Part shown: in pieces, positions 9,909 through 19,816 of the stretch
How positions within the stretch are numbered: position 1 is the stretch's first letter
Layout of the letters: each line of letters opens with the position of its first letter
Source: a virus
IMG/VR virus record: IMGVR_UViG_3300034418_011550
Location: 32,001-96,000 of that record
Length of the DNA: 64,000 nucleotides
Reading direction: 5' to 3' (one strand)
Made by a program: the position numbers and the translations under genes
The notes under the pieces: generated by a model
Told to the model about the DNA's origin: nothing
The model's input: the letters and a program-made list of their open reading frames with translations, nothing else
The model's database searches: none

Positions 9909-10898
9909 ATGATTGACAATTTAGTTAAATTAGTTTTAAATAAAGGAGGTTCTATATCTCATTTAAAGATTCCTTCAATTGATAGTAGAAATACAGGTTT
10001 ATGTAATCCCTCTATTTTTGTTGATAATGATGGAACTATTTTACTTAATTTAAGAAATGTAGGTTATCTTTTTTACCATTGTGAAAATGAACAAAAGTTT
10101 CAAGGACGTTGGGGCCCATTAGCTTATCTTCATCCTGAAAATGATCCACATTTAAGAACAACTAACTTTTTATGTATTTTAGATCCTAAAACTTTAGAAA
10201 TAAAATCATACAAAGAAGTAAACACTTCAGAGTTAGACATTGAACCAGTTTGGGAATTTATTGGGTTAGAAGATGCTCGAGTAGTTCGTTGGGATGGTGT
10301 TTTATATATTACAGGTGTTAGAAGAGATACTAAACCAAATGGAGAAGGTAGAATGGAACTTTCTGAAATAGATGATTATAGAACATCAAATGAAATCTCA
10401 AGAGTAAGAATAGAACCACCTAATGATCCTAATTCATATTGTGAAAAAAATTGGATGCCTATTAATGATATGGATTATTGTTATGTCAAATGGGCTAACC
10501 CAGTAGAAATTGTAAAAGTTGATCCTATTAAAGGAACTAGTAAAACTATATTTTTAGGTAAATTTAAAGAAATAAGTAAAAACCATGATTTAAGAGGTGG
10601 TTCATCTGTTGTGAAATGGAAAGATTATCGTTTATGTGTTGTTCATGAAGTAGATTTTTGGCAAAATGAAAATAATAATAAAGATGGTATTTATAACCAT
10701 AGAATAATTGTTTATGATAAAGATTGGAATATTGTAAAATATTCTGATGTATTTAAGTTTATGACTGGAAGAATTGAATTTGTTTGTGGAGCAGCGGTTG
10801 TGGAAAATGATTTAATTATCACTTATGGATTCCATGACAGCGCAGCTTTCGCTTTAAAAATCCCAGAAAATGTTGTAGAGGAACTAATCAATGGATAA
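9909..10898 (+). CDS. Five-bladed beta-propeller glycoside hydrolase/phosphorylase-like protein (GH130/GH43 clan-like)
   Basis: CNPSIF, GLEDARVV, EKNWMP, LRGGS and IEFVCG motifs. ATG 9909 preferred over 9888. Confidence 0.6.
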   Translation: MIDNLVKLVLNKGGSISHLKIPSIDSRNTGLCNPSIFVDNDGTILLNLRNVGYLFYHCENEQKFQGRWGPLAYLHPENDPHLRTTNFLCILDPKTLEIKSYKEVNTSELDIEPVWEFIGLEDARVVRWDGVLYITGVRRDTKPNGEGRMELSEIDDYRTSNEISRVRIEPPNDPNSYCEKNWMPINDMDYCYVKWANPVEIVKVDPIKGTSKTIFLGKFKEISKNHDLRGGSSVVKWKDYRLCVVHEVDFWQNENNNKDGIYNHRIIVYDKDWNIVKYSDVFKFMTGRIEFVCGAAVVENDLIITYGFHDSAAFALKIPENVVEELING

Positions 10899-12120
10899 TA
10901 TTTTAAAGAATTTTATAGATAATCCATATCATCCAGAAACAAATTTTGTATTTGGTGAACAATATTATCAAGAAGGACATAAAGCAGCCGCTTTGTCTTT
11001 ATTTTTAAGAGCAGCAGAATATGGTTTTGATAAAGATTTAACATATGAAGCTTTAATTAAAGTAGCTTTATGTTTAAAAGAAATAGAAGGACGTCCTCAT
11101 TCAACTAGAGGAGCTATCTTAAATGCTATTACTTTTGATCGTGAACGTCCTGAAGCTTATTATCATTTAAGTTATGATTATCAAGTTAAAGGAGAATGGC
11201 AAGAATCATATTTAGCAGCTGTTCAAGGTTTAGATAAAATAAAAAATATCAAACCTACTTTAACTAGTATTGATTTTCCTGGTGAATATGCTTTAATATT
11301 CCAAAAAGCAGTAGCAGGATGGTGGATTGGATATTGTGATGAGTCAAGAAAATTATTTAATCACTTATTACAGGAATATTCTATGCGTCCTGAATTTGTA
11401 GAAGCTTGCTATAATAATTTATCTACAATTCATGGGATTCAATATCCAACGTTAACTTATACTAAAGAAGAACACTCAAAATTAAGATACAAATTTAAAA
11501 ATTCTGAAAAAATTGAGAAAAATTATTCCCAAACTTACCAGGATTTGTTTGTATTAAGTATGTTAGATGGAAAAGAAAAAGGCACTTATGTTGAAATAGG
11601 AGCAGCTGATCCTTTCCATAATAGTAATACAGCTTTATTAGAAAAAGAATTTAACTGGACAGGGGTATCATTAGAAATCAATGAAGAAGAAGTAAATAAA
11701 TTTAACTCTCAACGTTCTAACGCGTGCCTTTTACAAGATGCTACAGTTGTCAACTATGAAGAGTTATTTGTTAATAACAACTTTAGTGAGGTTATAGATT
11801 ACCTTCAAGTTGATTGTGAACCGGCTGAAATAACATTTAAAGTGTTACTTTCAATTCCTTTTGATAAATATAAATTTAGAGTAATCACCTTTGAACATGA
11901 TTATTATTTAAATCATTCTTTAGATTATAGAAATCTTTCTAGAAAATTCTTAGAAGCTCATGGTTATAAAAGAGTAGTAGGAGATATAGCTCCTGACTCA
12001 AATAGTACATTTGAAGACTGGTGGATACATCCTGAATTAGTAGATTCTGAAATTTTTACAGCAATGGTAGATTATTCTGAAAAAATTAAAAGAGCAGATC
12101 ATTATATATTAAATGGCTAA
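10891..12120 (+). CDS. TPR-like N-terminus fused to FkbM-type (Methyltransf_21) methyltransferase
   Basis: Helical YEAL/EAYYHL repeats; GTYVEIGAADP, IDYLQVDCE and VITFEHD motifs. Confidence 0.7.
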   Translation: MDNILKNFIDNPYHPETNFVFGEQYYQEGHKAAALSLFLRAAEYGFDKDLTYEALIKVALCLKEIEGRPHSTRGAILNAITFDRERPEAYYHLSYDYQVKGEWQESYLAAVQGLDKIKNIKPTLTSIDFPGEYALIFQKAVAGWWIGYCDESRKLFNHLLQEYSMRPEFVEACYNNLSTIHGIQYPTLTYTKEEHSKLRYKFKNSEKIEKNYSQTYQDLFVLSMLDGKEKGTYVEIGAADPFHNSNTALLEKEFNWTGVSLEINEEEVNKFNSQRSNACLLQDATVVNYEELFVNNNFSEVIDYLQVDCEPAEITFKVLLSIPFDKYKFRVITFEHDYYLNHSLDYRNLSRKFLEAHGYKRVVGDIAPDSNSTFEDWWIHPELVDSEIFTAMVDYSEKIKRADHYILNG

Positions 12121-12958
12121 TCAAGATTGGAAAATAACACCCTATGCTACTATGGAGATTACAACTAATCTACCTAAAAAAGGCTGTGTTGTTGATTGCA
12201 TTTTTTGTCCTCAAAGAACTTTAGTTAAAAATTATAATGGAACCCGTCATTTATCTTTAGATGACTTTAAAAGAGCAATAGATAAAATCCCAACAGAAGT
12301 TAGAATTACTTTTGCTGGTTTTACTGAACCTTGGACTAATAGGCATTGTACTGATATGTTACTTTACGCTTATGAAAAAGGACATAGAATAGCAGCATTT
12401 ACTACAGCTGTAGGAATGACAGTAGATGATGTAGAAAGACTTAAAGATGTTTCCTATGATAATGGTCCTAACGCTGGTTTTGTTTTACATTTACCTGACC
12501 AAGAAAGATTAGCAAAACATCCTATAACTCCTCGTTATATAGAAGTTATTGAAGCTTTCGGGCTCTATCAAGATTCTTTTAACACATTTCATTTAATGTC
12601 AATGGGTACTGTCCATGAATCTATTAATCATATTTTTAGTCATGCTAGCAATCCTGAAATGTGGTCTAGAGCAGGAAACTTAATAGGTGAAGCCATTCTA
12701 AAACCAGAACTGCTAAATGTTAAAGAATTATTCAGATCAGTATATCATGGTGAGTCACCTAAAACATGCGGCTGTATAGAAAATTTATACCATAACGTGA
12801 TGCTTCCAAACGGAGATGTATCTTTATGTTGTATGGATTATTCTTTAAGTTATATTATAGGAAATATGTTTGAACAAGAATATGAAGATGTTATTCCAAA
12901 ATTAAATTCTTGTTATGATATGTGTCGTTATTGTGAAAATGGAATTAACCCTAATTAA
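12113..12958 (+). CDS. Radical SAM enzyme with SPASM/twitch domain
   Basis: CVVDCIFC (CxxxCxxC); C-terminal CGC...PNGDVSLCCMD...CYDMCRYC. Confidence 0.85.
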   Translation: MANQDWKITPYATMEITTNLPKKGCVVDCIFCPQRTLVKNYNGTRHLSLDDFKRAIDKIPTEVRITFAGFTEPWTNRHCTDMLLYAYEKGHRIAAFTTAVGMTVDDVERLKDVSYDNGPNAGFVLHLPDQERLAKHPITPRYIEVIEAFGLYQDSFNTFHLMSMGTVHESINHIFSHASNPEMWSRAGNLIGEAILKPELLNVKELFRSVYHGESPKTCGCIENLYHNVMLPNGDVSLCCMDYSLSYIIGNMFEQEYEDVIPKLNSCYDMCRYCENGINPN

Positions 12959-12961
12959 AAT

Positions 12962-13963
12962 ATGAAATCAATAATTATAGTTTCTGCTTATTGCCCTGAT
13001 GATGAAAGAAAAACAATGCTTGAAAATTGTATTAATTCTCTTCAACCTATTAGAAAAGATTTTGATATTTTAATTTCAAGCCATTCTTATATTCCTGAAT
13101 ATATTAGTAAAAAAGTAGATTTTACTTTTTATGATGCTAACAATGATTTAATATATGATTGGGATTTAATGAATCTTCCATGGTTTTCACCTTATGAAGG
13201 TTTACATATAGTTTCTTCATTAATATCTAATTTTAGTACTTATTCTGCTTGTAATAGAATAATAATGGGTGGTTTAGGTATAGCTAAAAATTTTGGATAT
13301 GAAAAAGCCCATTATATAGATTATGATGCTATTATTAATGATTATTCTGAGTTTTATGAAAATAATGAATTACTAAATAAGTATGTAACAATCCAATATA
13401 AAAAAGAATACAGAAATTTTGATTGGAATGTTGAAGGTGGTGTAGGTGTTTTCCAATCAATAAATTTAAATAAAATAAATAAAATTTTTACAACATATGA
13501 TGAAAAAGAGTTATTAAAAATTCTAAAAGAAGCCCCTAATAAAACAAATGAAATTATATATCAGGATTTATATAAATTAGATGGAGAGGAAATATTGTAT
13601 AAAAACTGGGATGATTTACTAAATCAAGGAAACATATTTAATCAATCTATATCTACACAAAAAGATGATTTAAATGATTGGACTGTTCCTTTTTATGATA
13701 CTAAAACAGGTAAATTAAATGTTATTGTTTGGAACTCTAAAAAAGATTATCCTATTAATACTAGTTTTATTATAAATCAAGAAAAAATAATCACAATAAA
13801 CAATATAAACAAATACCAATGGAGTATAAGAGAAGTAGATGATATCAATAATGTTAATGAAATATTAATTATTGTTGATAACAAAATTAAAAACCACATC
13901 CTAATAAACACCCCAGAATTAAAAGAGAAATTTAAACGTAATAATCAAACACAATATAATTAA
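12962..13963 (+). CDS. Putative GT-A-like glycosyltransferase (paralogue 1)
   Basis: N-terminal Rossmann-like strand and a YIDYD DxD motif; similar to the next ORF. Confidence 0.45.
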   Translation: MKSIIIVSAYCPDDERKTMLENCINSLQPIRKDFDILISSHSYIPEYISKKVDFTFYDANNDLIYDWDLMNLPWFSPYEGLHIVSSLISNFSTYSACNRIIMGGLGIAKNFGYEKAHYIDYDAIINDYSEFYENNELLNKYVTIQYKKEYRNFDWNVEGGVGVFQSINLNKINKIFTTYDEKELLKILKEAPNKTNEIIYQDLYKLDGEEILYKNWDDLLNQGNIFNQSISTQKDDLNDWTVPFYDTKTGKLNVIVWNSKKDYPINTSFIINQEKIITINNINKYQWSIREVDDINNVNEILIIVDNKIKNHILINTPELKEKFKRNNQTQYN

Positions 13964-14887
13964 ATGAAAAAAATAGCTTTAATAACTAGTTTTTGCAATA
14001 ATAAGGAAAAAATTAATGTGTTAAAAAATAAATTAGAGACATTAAAAAATCTTAATATAGATACAATCCTTTATACAGCTATCCACCTCCCAGAAAAAAT
14101 TTATAAAAAAGCAGACTATACTATAATTTCAAAAGAAAACCTAGTATTTGATTGGCCTATAAAAGCTTACTATCAATGGACTGATATTATTATTGGAAAC
14201 CTAAACATTAAAATGAGTCGCACATACCCAGATTATGGTTATGCTGTTTTAAATCAAATTAAAAAAATGGCTAATTTAGCTTTATCTATGGATTATGATC
14301 ACTTTTTTATAATAGATTATGATACTCATATCACTGATGAAGTAAAAAATATTCTTTTAGACAGTAAACCAAATAGTTTTTTTCCATCAAAAAGAGAAAC
14401 ATCTGTTTGGCCTATAGGACTTCATTTAATATCTTTAAATAAAACTTATTTAAATAGGTTTAAAAATCTAATAACCCCAGAATCTTATCTAACTGAAAAA
14501 AATGGAGATGCTTTTTCATGGACTCATAAAGCTATAAAATTTATTCCTGCTGTTATTGAAAATGTTGAACCTATAGAAGATTTAGTTTATAATTTTAATG
14601 AGTTTGATTTTTTTAATTATTCTACAACAAATGAGTATAAATTATTTATTCATAAAACAGACTTTGATAATATAAAACTTCTTTTTTATGAATTTGAAGG
14701 AGTTAAAAATATAAAAATTATAAGTGATAATTTTGAAAAAGAATTTAATTTAAAAACTTGGGAACATATTGAATTACCATTTAATACTTGTTCTTTATTA
14801 AAAATTTTATGTAATGATGAAGAAATTGATTATACAAAAAACATAATTTCTATTGGACAAAATATTTTAACAATTAATAATATATGA
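13964..14887 (+). CDS. Putative GT-A-like glycosyltransferase (paralogue 2)
   Basis: IIDYD DxD motif; the N-terminus aligns with 12962..13963 (PEYISKKVDF vs PEKIYKKADY; DLIYDW vs LVFDW). Confidence 0.45.
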   Translation: MKKIALITSFCNNKEKINVLKNKLETLKNLNIDTILYTAIHLPEKIYKKADYTIISKENLVFDWPIKAYYQWTDIIIGNLNIKMSRTYPDYGYAVLNQIKKMANLALSMDYDHFFIIDYDTHITDEVKNILLDSKPNSFFPSKRETSVWPIGLHLISLNKTYLNRFKNLITPESYLTEKNGDAFSWTHKAIKFIPAVIENVEPIEDLVYNFNEFDFFNYSTTNEYKLFIHKTDFDNIKLLFYEFEGVKNIKIISDNFEKEFNLKTWEHIELPFNTCSLLKILCNDEEIDYTKNIISIGQNILTINNI

Positions 14888-15723
14888 TAAATGTAACTTA
14901 TAATAGAGAAAATAATTCAACTTTAGTAGAATTAAATAATTTAACTTTAATTAAAGAACACCTTCCATTAACTATCCAATTTAAAAATATTATTTCAAAA
15001 GAAATCCATTATGAAGTTAAATTAACAGACAATTGTTGGGCAGAATGGAAAGGTGGAGAATTTATTACTGATGTTTTGATTTATTCTTCTAATGGGACTT
15101 TATTACATGAACATAAATGGGATGTCACTGTTAATGGAGATATTCATGAAAAAATGTTATGGTACTATTTAAAAGGTAGACAATTACAAGGATTAAAATC
15201 TAACGGTTTAGTTATTGGTGCTCATGATGGAAGAAACGGACATTGGATATACCCCGTTAAAGAAAATTTAACAGAAGCTACTTTAATTGACGGTAGTGAT
15301 AACCAGTTTAAAAAACTAGAAGAAAATTATTTTAATTATTTAAATACAAAATTTAAAAATATTATAGTTACAACAGATGGATCTGATGTAGAATGGTATC
15401 AAGGCGGAGAAGGCTATACAGATACAGTAATACCATCAGTAATCAATGAATGGTTAGACTCTTCAGAAATAACTAAAACGTATAGAAAAAGTATATCAAT
15501 TAATGATTTAATAAAAGATCAAAATTATGATTGGTTACATTTAGATGTAGAAGGTTTAGATGGAGATTTAATTTTAGCTTTGGAATCTAGACCTAATTTA
15601 ATAATTTATGAAGATGAAAATTTAGATATAATTACTAAAGCTAAGCTTGATATTTGGTTTTTAGCAAATTCTTATAAAACAATTAAACACACTTGTAATA
15701 CACTAGCTATTAAAAATGACTAA
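14884..15723 (+). CDS. Beta-domain fused to FkbM-type methyltransferase
   Basis: LVIGAHDG, LIDGS and LHLDVEGLD motifs. Confidence 0.65.
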   Translation: MINVTYNRENNSTLVELNNLTLIKEHLPLTIQFKNIISKEIHYEVKLTDNCWAEWKGGEFITDVLIYSSNGTLLHEHKWDVTVNGDIHEKMLWYYLKGRQLQGLKSNGLVIGAHDGRNGHWIYPVKENLTEATLIDGSDNQFKKLEENYFNYLNTKFKNIIVTTDGSDVEWYQGGEGYTDTVIPSVINEWLDSSEITKTYRKSISINDLIKDQNYDWLHLDVEGLDGDLILALESRPNLIIYEDENLDIITKAKLDIWFLANSYKTIKHTCNTLAIKND

Positions 15724-17995
15724 ACCAAAAGTATATGTTCATGGTTCTTATATAGGAACTACAGGTTATAACCAACATACAAGAGACTTTTTTAGAGAGT
15801 TATCTAAACATTTACAATTAAAAGTTAGGAATTTCACAATTGGTAAAACATGGGAAAGTTTTAATAATACCCCTCATAATAATGAACCTTATATTAATGA
15901 AATAGATAAATCTATTTTATATGAACAGATATTATGGAATGATAAGGGTGGGAGAGATAACTATAAAATATATTCTGACAAATCTAAAGAATTTCTACAT
16001 GATTTAAATATTGTTTTATGTGAAACTAATCATCATTTATTTTATGATGGATACAATGGTCCAAAAATAGCTTATAATGTTTGGGAAACAACCCAACAAC
16101 CAGAAGAATTTTTTAATAAATTAAAAGAATTCGATGAATTATGGGTTCCTTCAAAATGGCAGCGTGATGTAACTATTAAACAAGGCTACCCAAAGGATAA
16201 AATTAAAGTTGTTCCTGAAGGAGTTGATATTCATACTTTTTACCCTGAAGAAACAACTCATGAGTTAACTTCAGATGGTAGATTTAAATTCTTTTTAGCA
16301 GGTAGATGGGATTATAGAAAATCAACTAAAGAAATTATTGAAACATTTTTAAATACATTTAATGAAAATGATCCTGTTGACTTAATTGTTTCTATAGATA
16401 ATCCTTTTTCAGGAGATGGTTTAGAAACAACAGAAAATAGATTAAAATATTATGGTTTAACAGATCCAAGAATTAAAGTAGTTCATTTTCCATCTAGAGA
16501 AGATTATATTAAAATACTAAAATCATGTAATGTGTTTTTATCTTGTGCTCGTTCTGAGGGTTGGAATTTACCTTTAATTGAGGCAATGGCCTGTGGTATA
16601 CCCTCTATTTATTCAAACTGTTCAGGTCAACTTGAATTTGCTGAAAATAAAGGAATACCAATAAATATATTAGGTGAAAAATCAGCAAATGATTCATCAT
16701 ATAATCATTTTAATGATTACACAGGTAATTATTATGAACCTGATTTTAACCATTTACAACTAATGATGATGTATTCTTATAAAAAGTATGATGAATGTAA
16801 GAAAAATGCTTTAAAAGAATCAGAAGAAATTAAACATAATTTTAGTTGGGAAAAAGTAGGACAAATTGGTTATAAAACTATAATAGAATTTTATGAAAGG
16901 AATAAACATAAAAATGCTCAATTAAAAAATGAAATAAAAATTAGTTATTTTGATGGTCCTAAAATAGAAATTGTAGGAGATAAACTAGAACAATATCATA
17001 TTGAATTTTTAGATGAAAATAATAATATTATTCATGAGGACACTATCACTAATAATATGTGGACAAAATGTTCTAGAACCTATTATACTAAATGGAAAAT
17101 TAAAGTTAATGGAAATATAATTGAAGAACTTAACTTAAATAATAAACGAGTATTAATAGGATTAGAGTCAAAATCTATTGGTGATACAATTGCTTGGACA
17201 CCCTATGCTGTTGATTTTGCTAAAAAACATAATTGTAAAGTAATTTTAAGCACATTTCATAACCATTGGTTTAAAGGATTAGAGACATATAAAGACATTG
17301 AATTTATAGAACCAGGACAATCAATAAACTGTGATGTTATATATCGAATAGGATGGTTTAGAGGAGAATCAGGTAAATGGGACAAATTTGAAATGTATCC
17401 TAATTATCCTCAAACTCAACCACTCCAAAAAACAGCATCAGATATTTTAGGTTTAGAATTTAAAGAATTAAATTATGGGATAAATTTTGCCCCAAAATCA
17501 AAATCAATAAAAACAAATTATATTGTTATTGCCCCTGAATCAACTGCTGGTTGTAAAGAGTGGCCTTATGACAGTTGGGTATCATTATCTAAAATGTTGC
17601 GTGAATTAGGATACACAGTAGTAACACTTACAAATAAACCCTATAATATAAAAGGTAATTTAAATATTCACGGTAAAACATTAAATGAATCTATGGATAT
17701 TCTTTATAATGCTAAATTTTTAATAGGATTAAGTTCAGGACTATCTTGGATAAATTGGGCTTTAGGAAAACAAACAGTGATGATTAGTGGTTTTTCTCAA
17801 AAAGATCATGAATTTATATCTAATAATATAAGAATACAAAATGAACATGCTTGTAATTCATGTTGGAATAATACTAACTTTATTTTTGACCCTGGAAATT
17901 GGGATTGGTGCCCAATATGGGAAGGAACAGATAAACAACATATTTGTGAAAAATCAATCTCACCATTAACTGTATTTAATTTATTACCTTTATGA
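15716..17995 (+). CDS. GT4 glycosyltransferase fused to an Aah/TibC-like (BAHT) iron-finger protein O-heptosyltransferase
   Basis: GT4 motifs AYNVWET, GRWDYRKS and RSEGWNLPLIEAMACG. The C-terminal half has SIGDTIAWTPY, GLSSGLSWINWALGK, MISGFS and C-x2-C-x15-C-x11-C (17852-17947). Confidence 0.8.
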   Translation: MTKPKVYVHGSYIGTTGYNQHTRDFFRELSKHLQLKVRNFTIGKTWESFNNTPHNNEPYINEIDKSILYEQILWNDKGGRDNYKIYSDKSKEFLHDLNIVLCETNHHLFYDGYNGPKIAYNVWETTQQPEEFFNKLKEFDELWVPSKWQRDVTIKQGYPKDKIKVVPEGVDIHTFYPEETTHELTSDGRFKFFLAGRWDYRKSTKEIIETFLNTFNENDPVDLIVSIDNPFSGDGLETTENRLKYYGLTDPRIKVVHFPSREDYIKILKSCNVFLSCARSEGWNLPLIEAMACGIPSIYSNCSGQLEFAENKGIPINILGEKSANDSSYNHFNDYTGNYYEPDFNHLQLMMMYSYKKYDECKKNALKESEEIKHNFSWEKVGQIGYKTIIEFYERNKHKNAQLKNEIKISYFDGPKIEIVGDKLEQYHIEFLDENNNIIHEDTITNNMWTKCSRTYYTKWKIKVNGNIIEELNLNNKRVLIGLESKSIGDTIAWTPYAVDFAKKHNCKVILSTFHNHWFKGLETYKDIEFIEPGQSINCDVIYRIGWFRGESGKWDKFEMYPNYPQTQPLQKTASDILGLEFKELNYGINFAPKSKSIKTNYIVIAPESTAGCKEWPYDSWVSLSKMLRELGYTVVTLTNKPYNIKGNLNIHGKTLNESMDILYNAKFLIGLSSGLSWINWALGKQTVMISGFSQKDHEFISNNIRIQNEHACNSCWNNTNFIFDPGNWDWCPIWEGTDKQHICEKSISPLTVFNLLPL

Positions 17996-18651
17996 TAAAC
18001 TTAGAAAATTTTAATTGGGGCCCAACATCAGAATGGTATAAAGATCAACTTACTAGAGAAATGTTTGAAGAAAACATTTATGAAAAATATTTTCCTGTTG
18101 AAGAAGGAGATATAGTAGTTGACTTTGGAGCCTCTATAGGAGACTTTATCTGGTCTATTAAGGATAAAAAACCAAAACATTGTTGGGTTGTTGAACCTTT
18201 AAATTCATATTTTGATATTTTACAAGAAAATTTATTAGGTTATTCTGTTTCTTTTATTAAAGCTTTTCTTAGTCAAGAAGAAACAACAGAAGTACAATGG
18301 GATGGGTTAGCTAGTGAATGTAGAAGTTTAACTTTTAAAAAATTTATAAAAGAAAATAATATTAAATATATTGATTTTTTAAAAACAGATTGTGAAGGAG
18401 GTGAGTATAGCATCTTCACAGAAGAAAATATAGAGTATGTTTTAAACAACATTAGAAAAATATCAGGAGAATGGCATTTAAGCACTCCTGAATTAAAAGA
18501 AAAATTTAGAAATTTTAGGGATAACTACTTAATTAAATTTAATAATTTTGAAGTTTATTCTGTAGACGGTGTTAATATCAAATGGGATTTATGGAATGAA
18601 CATTTTATAGAGTATTATAATGAAGTTATAATTCATATAGATAATCGTTAA
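17992..18651 (+). CDS. FkbM-family methyltransferase
   Basis: GDIVVDFGASIG, VVEP and IDFLKTDCEGGEY motifs. Confidence 0.85.
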   Translation: MINLENFNWGPTSEWYKDQLTREMFEENIYEKYFPVEEGDIVVDFGASIGDFIWSIKDKKPKHCWVVEPLNSYFDILQENLLGYSVSFIKAFLSQEETTEVQWDGLASECRSLTFKKFIKENNIKYIDFLKTDCEGGEYSIFTEENIEYVLNNIRKISGEWHLSTPELKEKFRNFRDNYLIKFNNFEVYSVDGVNIKWDLWNEHFIEYYNEVIIHIDNR

Positions 18652-18681
18652 TTTCCTTAAAAATAATAATATTTATCATAA

Positions 18682-19503
18682 ATGGCTTTAGAAACATTAT
18701 CAAAAACAGGTATAGTTAACGGACAAACAGTCCAAGACTATCATGTTACTCAATCTATAGATGCTTTAACTGGAACTGTAGGATATGCTTTAACAGTTTC
18801 TGGTTCCTTTACTCTTGTTGGAACAACAGGTAGTGGTTACTTTGCTAGTTCTTTAACTACTGACCAAGTTAGACCTTCAAATGTAGTTAGTAATAAAGGA
18901 TATTCAATTCCTTATTTAGCGGCCACATCTTCTACAGCCACTTTATATTATACTAAAGGTCAAGAATCAGGAGGTGAAACTTATTTAGAATACAATCCTG
19001 TAACTAATTATTTATTTACTACTTCTTCTTATGCTACTTCAGCTTCACAAGCTATATCTGCTTCTTATGCTCCATTAGGTACACCAACTTCATATAATCC
19101 AAATTATGTAAAAATTGATGATGTAGCTTATACTTCATCTACACCATATGTAATTAATGATTCTGTTCCTTCATTAATTTATATTTCCCAATCAGGTATT
19201 AATGCTCAAAGTAATAATAATGAGTTAGGATTAAGTTTTTCTCCATTAACTGGTAAAGATGGTAAAATAATTACTTTTAATATTTTCTTTGAAAAAAGCG
19301 ATTTAGAAACAAATTTTGTCTATGTTACTTCTTCAGGGGTTAGCATTTTTGGTTTAAATAATAATAGTATAGGAGCAGGTAATGATGACACATTACAAAA
19401 TTTAACAGGTATTAATAATATGGCTAGTTTTGATTTCCAATGGTTAGACGGTGGAGGAGCTACAGGTATGGCTCAAGGTTGGTATTTTATTAGAAGATCT
19501 TAA
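18682..19503 (+). CDS. Probable virion structural protein
   Basis: S/T/G-rich beta composition; preceded by the AATATTTAT motif; lies upstream of the tail genes. Confidence 0.5.
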   Translation: MALETLSKTGIVNGQTVQDYHVTQSIDALTGTVGYALTVSGSFTLVGTTGSGYFASSLTTDQVRPSNVVSNKGYSIPYLAATSSTATLYYTKGQESGGETYLEYNPVTNYLFTTSSYATSASQAISASYAPLGTPTSYNPNYVKIDDVAYTSSTPYVINDSVPSLIYISQSGINAQSNNNELGLSFSPLTGKDGKIITFNIFFEKSDLETNFVYVTSSGVSIFGLNNNSIGAGNDDTLQNLTGINNMASFDFQWLDGGGATGMAQGWYFIRRS

Positions 19504-19515
19504 TATTTATAACAT

Positions 19516-19767
19516 ATGGAAAAAATAGTTTTAACACAAGAAGAGTTAACAGAACTCACCCAGTTACAACAACAAAGACAAGATATTACTACTGATTTTG
19601 GAGTTGTAGAACTTAGAATTCAAGAGTTAGAGTTGCAAAAAGAACAAGTAATTGAAGCTTTGAGTAAATTAAAAACTCAAGAAATTCAATTTGGTCAAAA
19701 AATACAAGAAAAATACGGCGAAGGATCAATTAATATTAATACCGGAGAGTTTACAAAAGCAAATTAA
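19516..19767 (+). CDS. Small coiled-coil protein
   Basis: Heptad-like L/E/Q pattern. Confidence 0.6.
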   Translation: MEKIVLTQEELTELTQLQQQRQDITTDFGVVELRIQELELQKEQVIEALSKLKTQEIQFGQKIQEKYGEGSININTGEFTKAN

Positions 19768-19816
19768 TTTTTGACTCCTTTGCCAATATTTATTATCAAA
19801 TAAACATTAATAAAAA

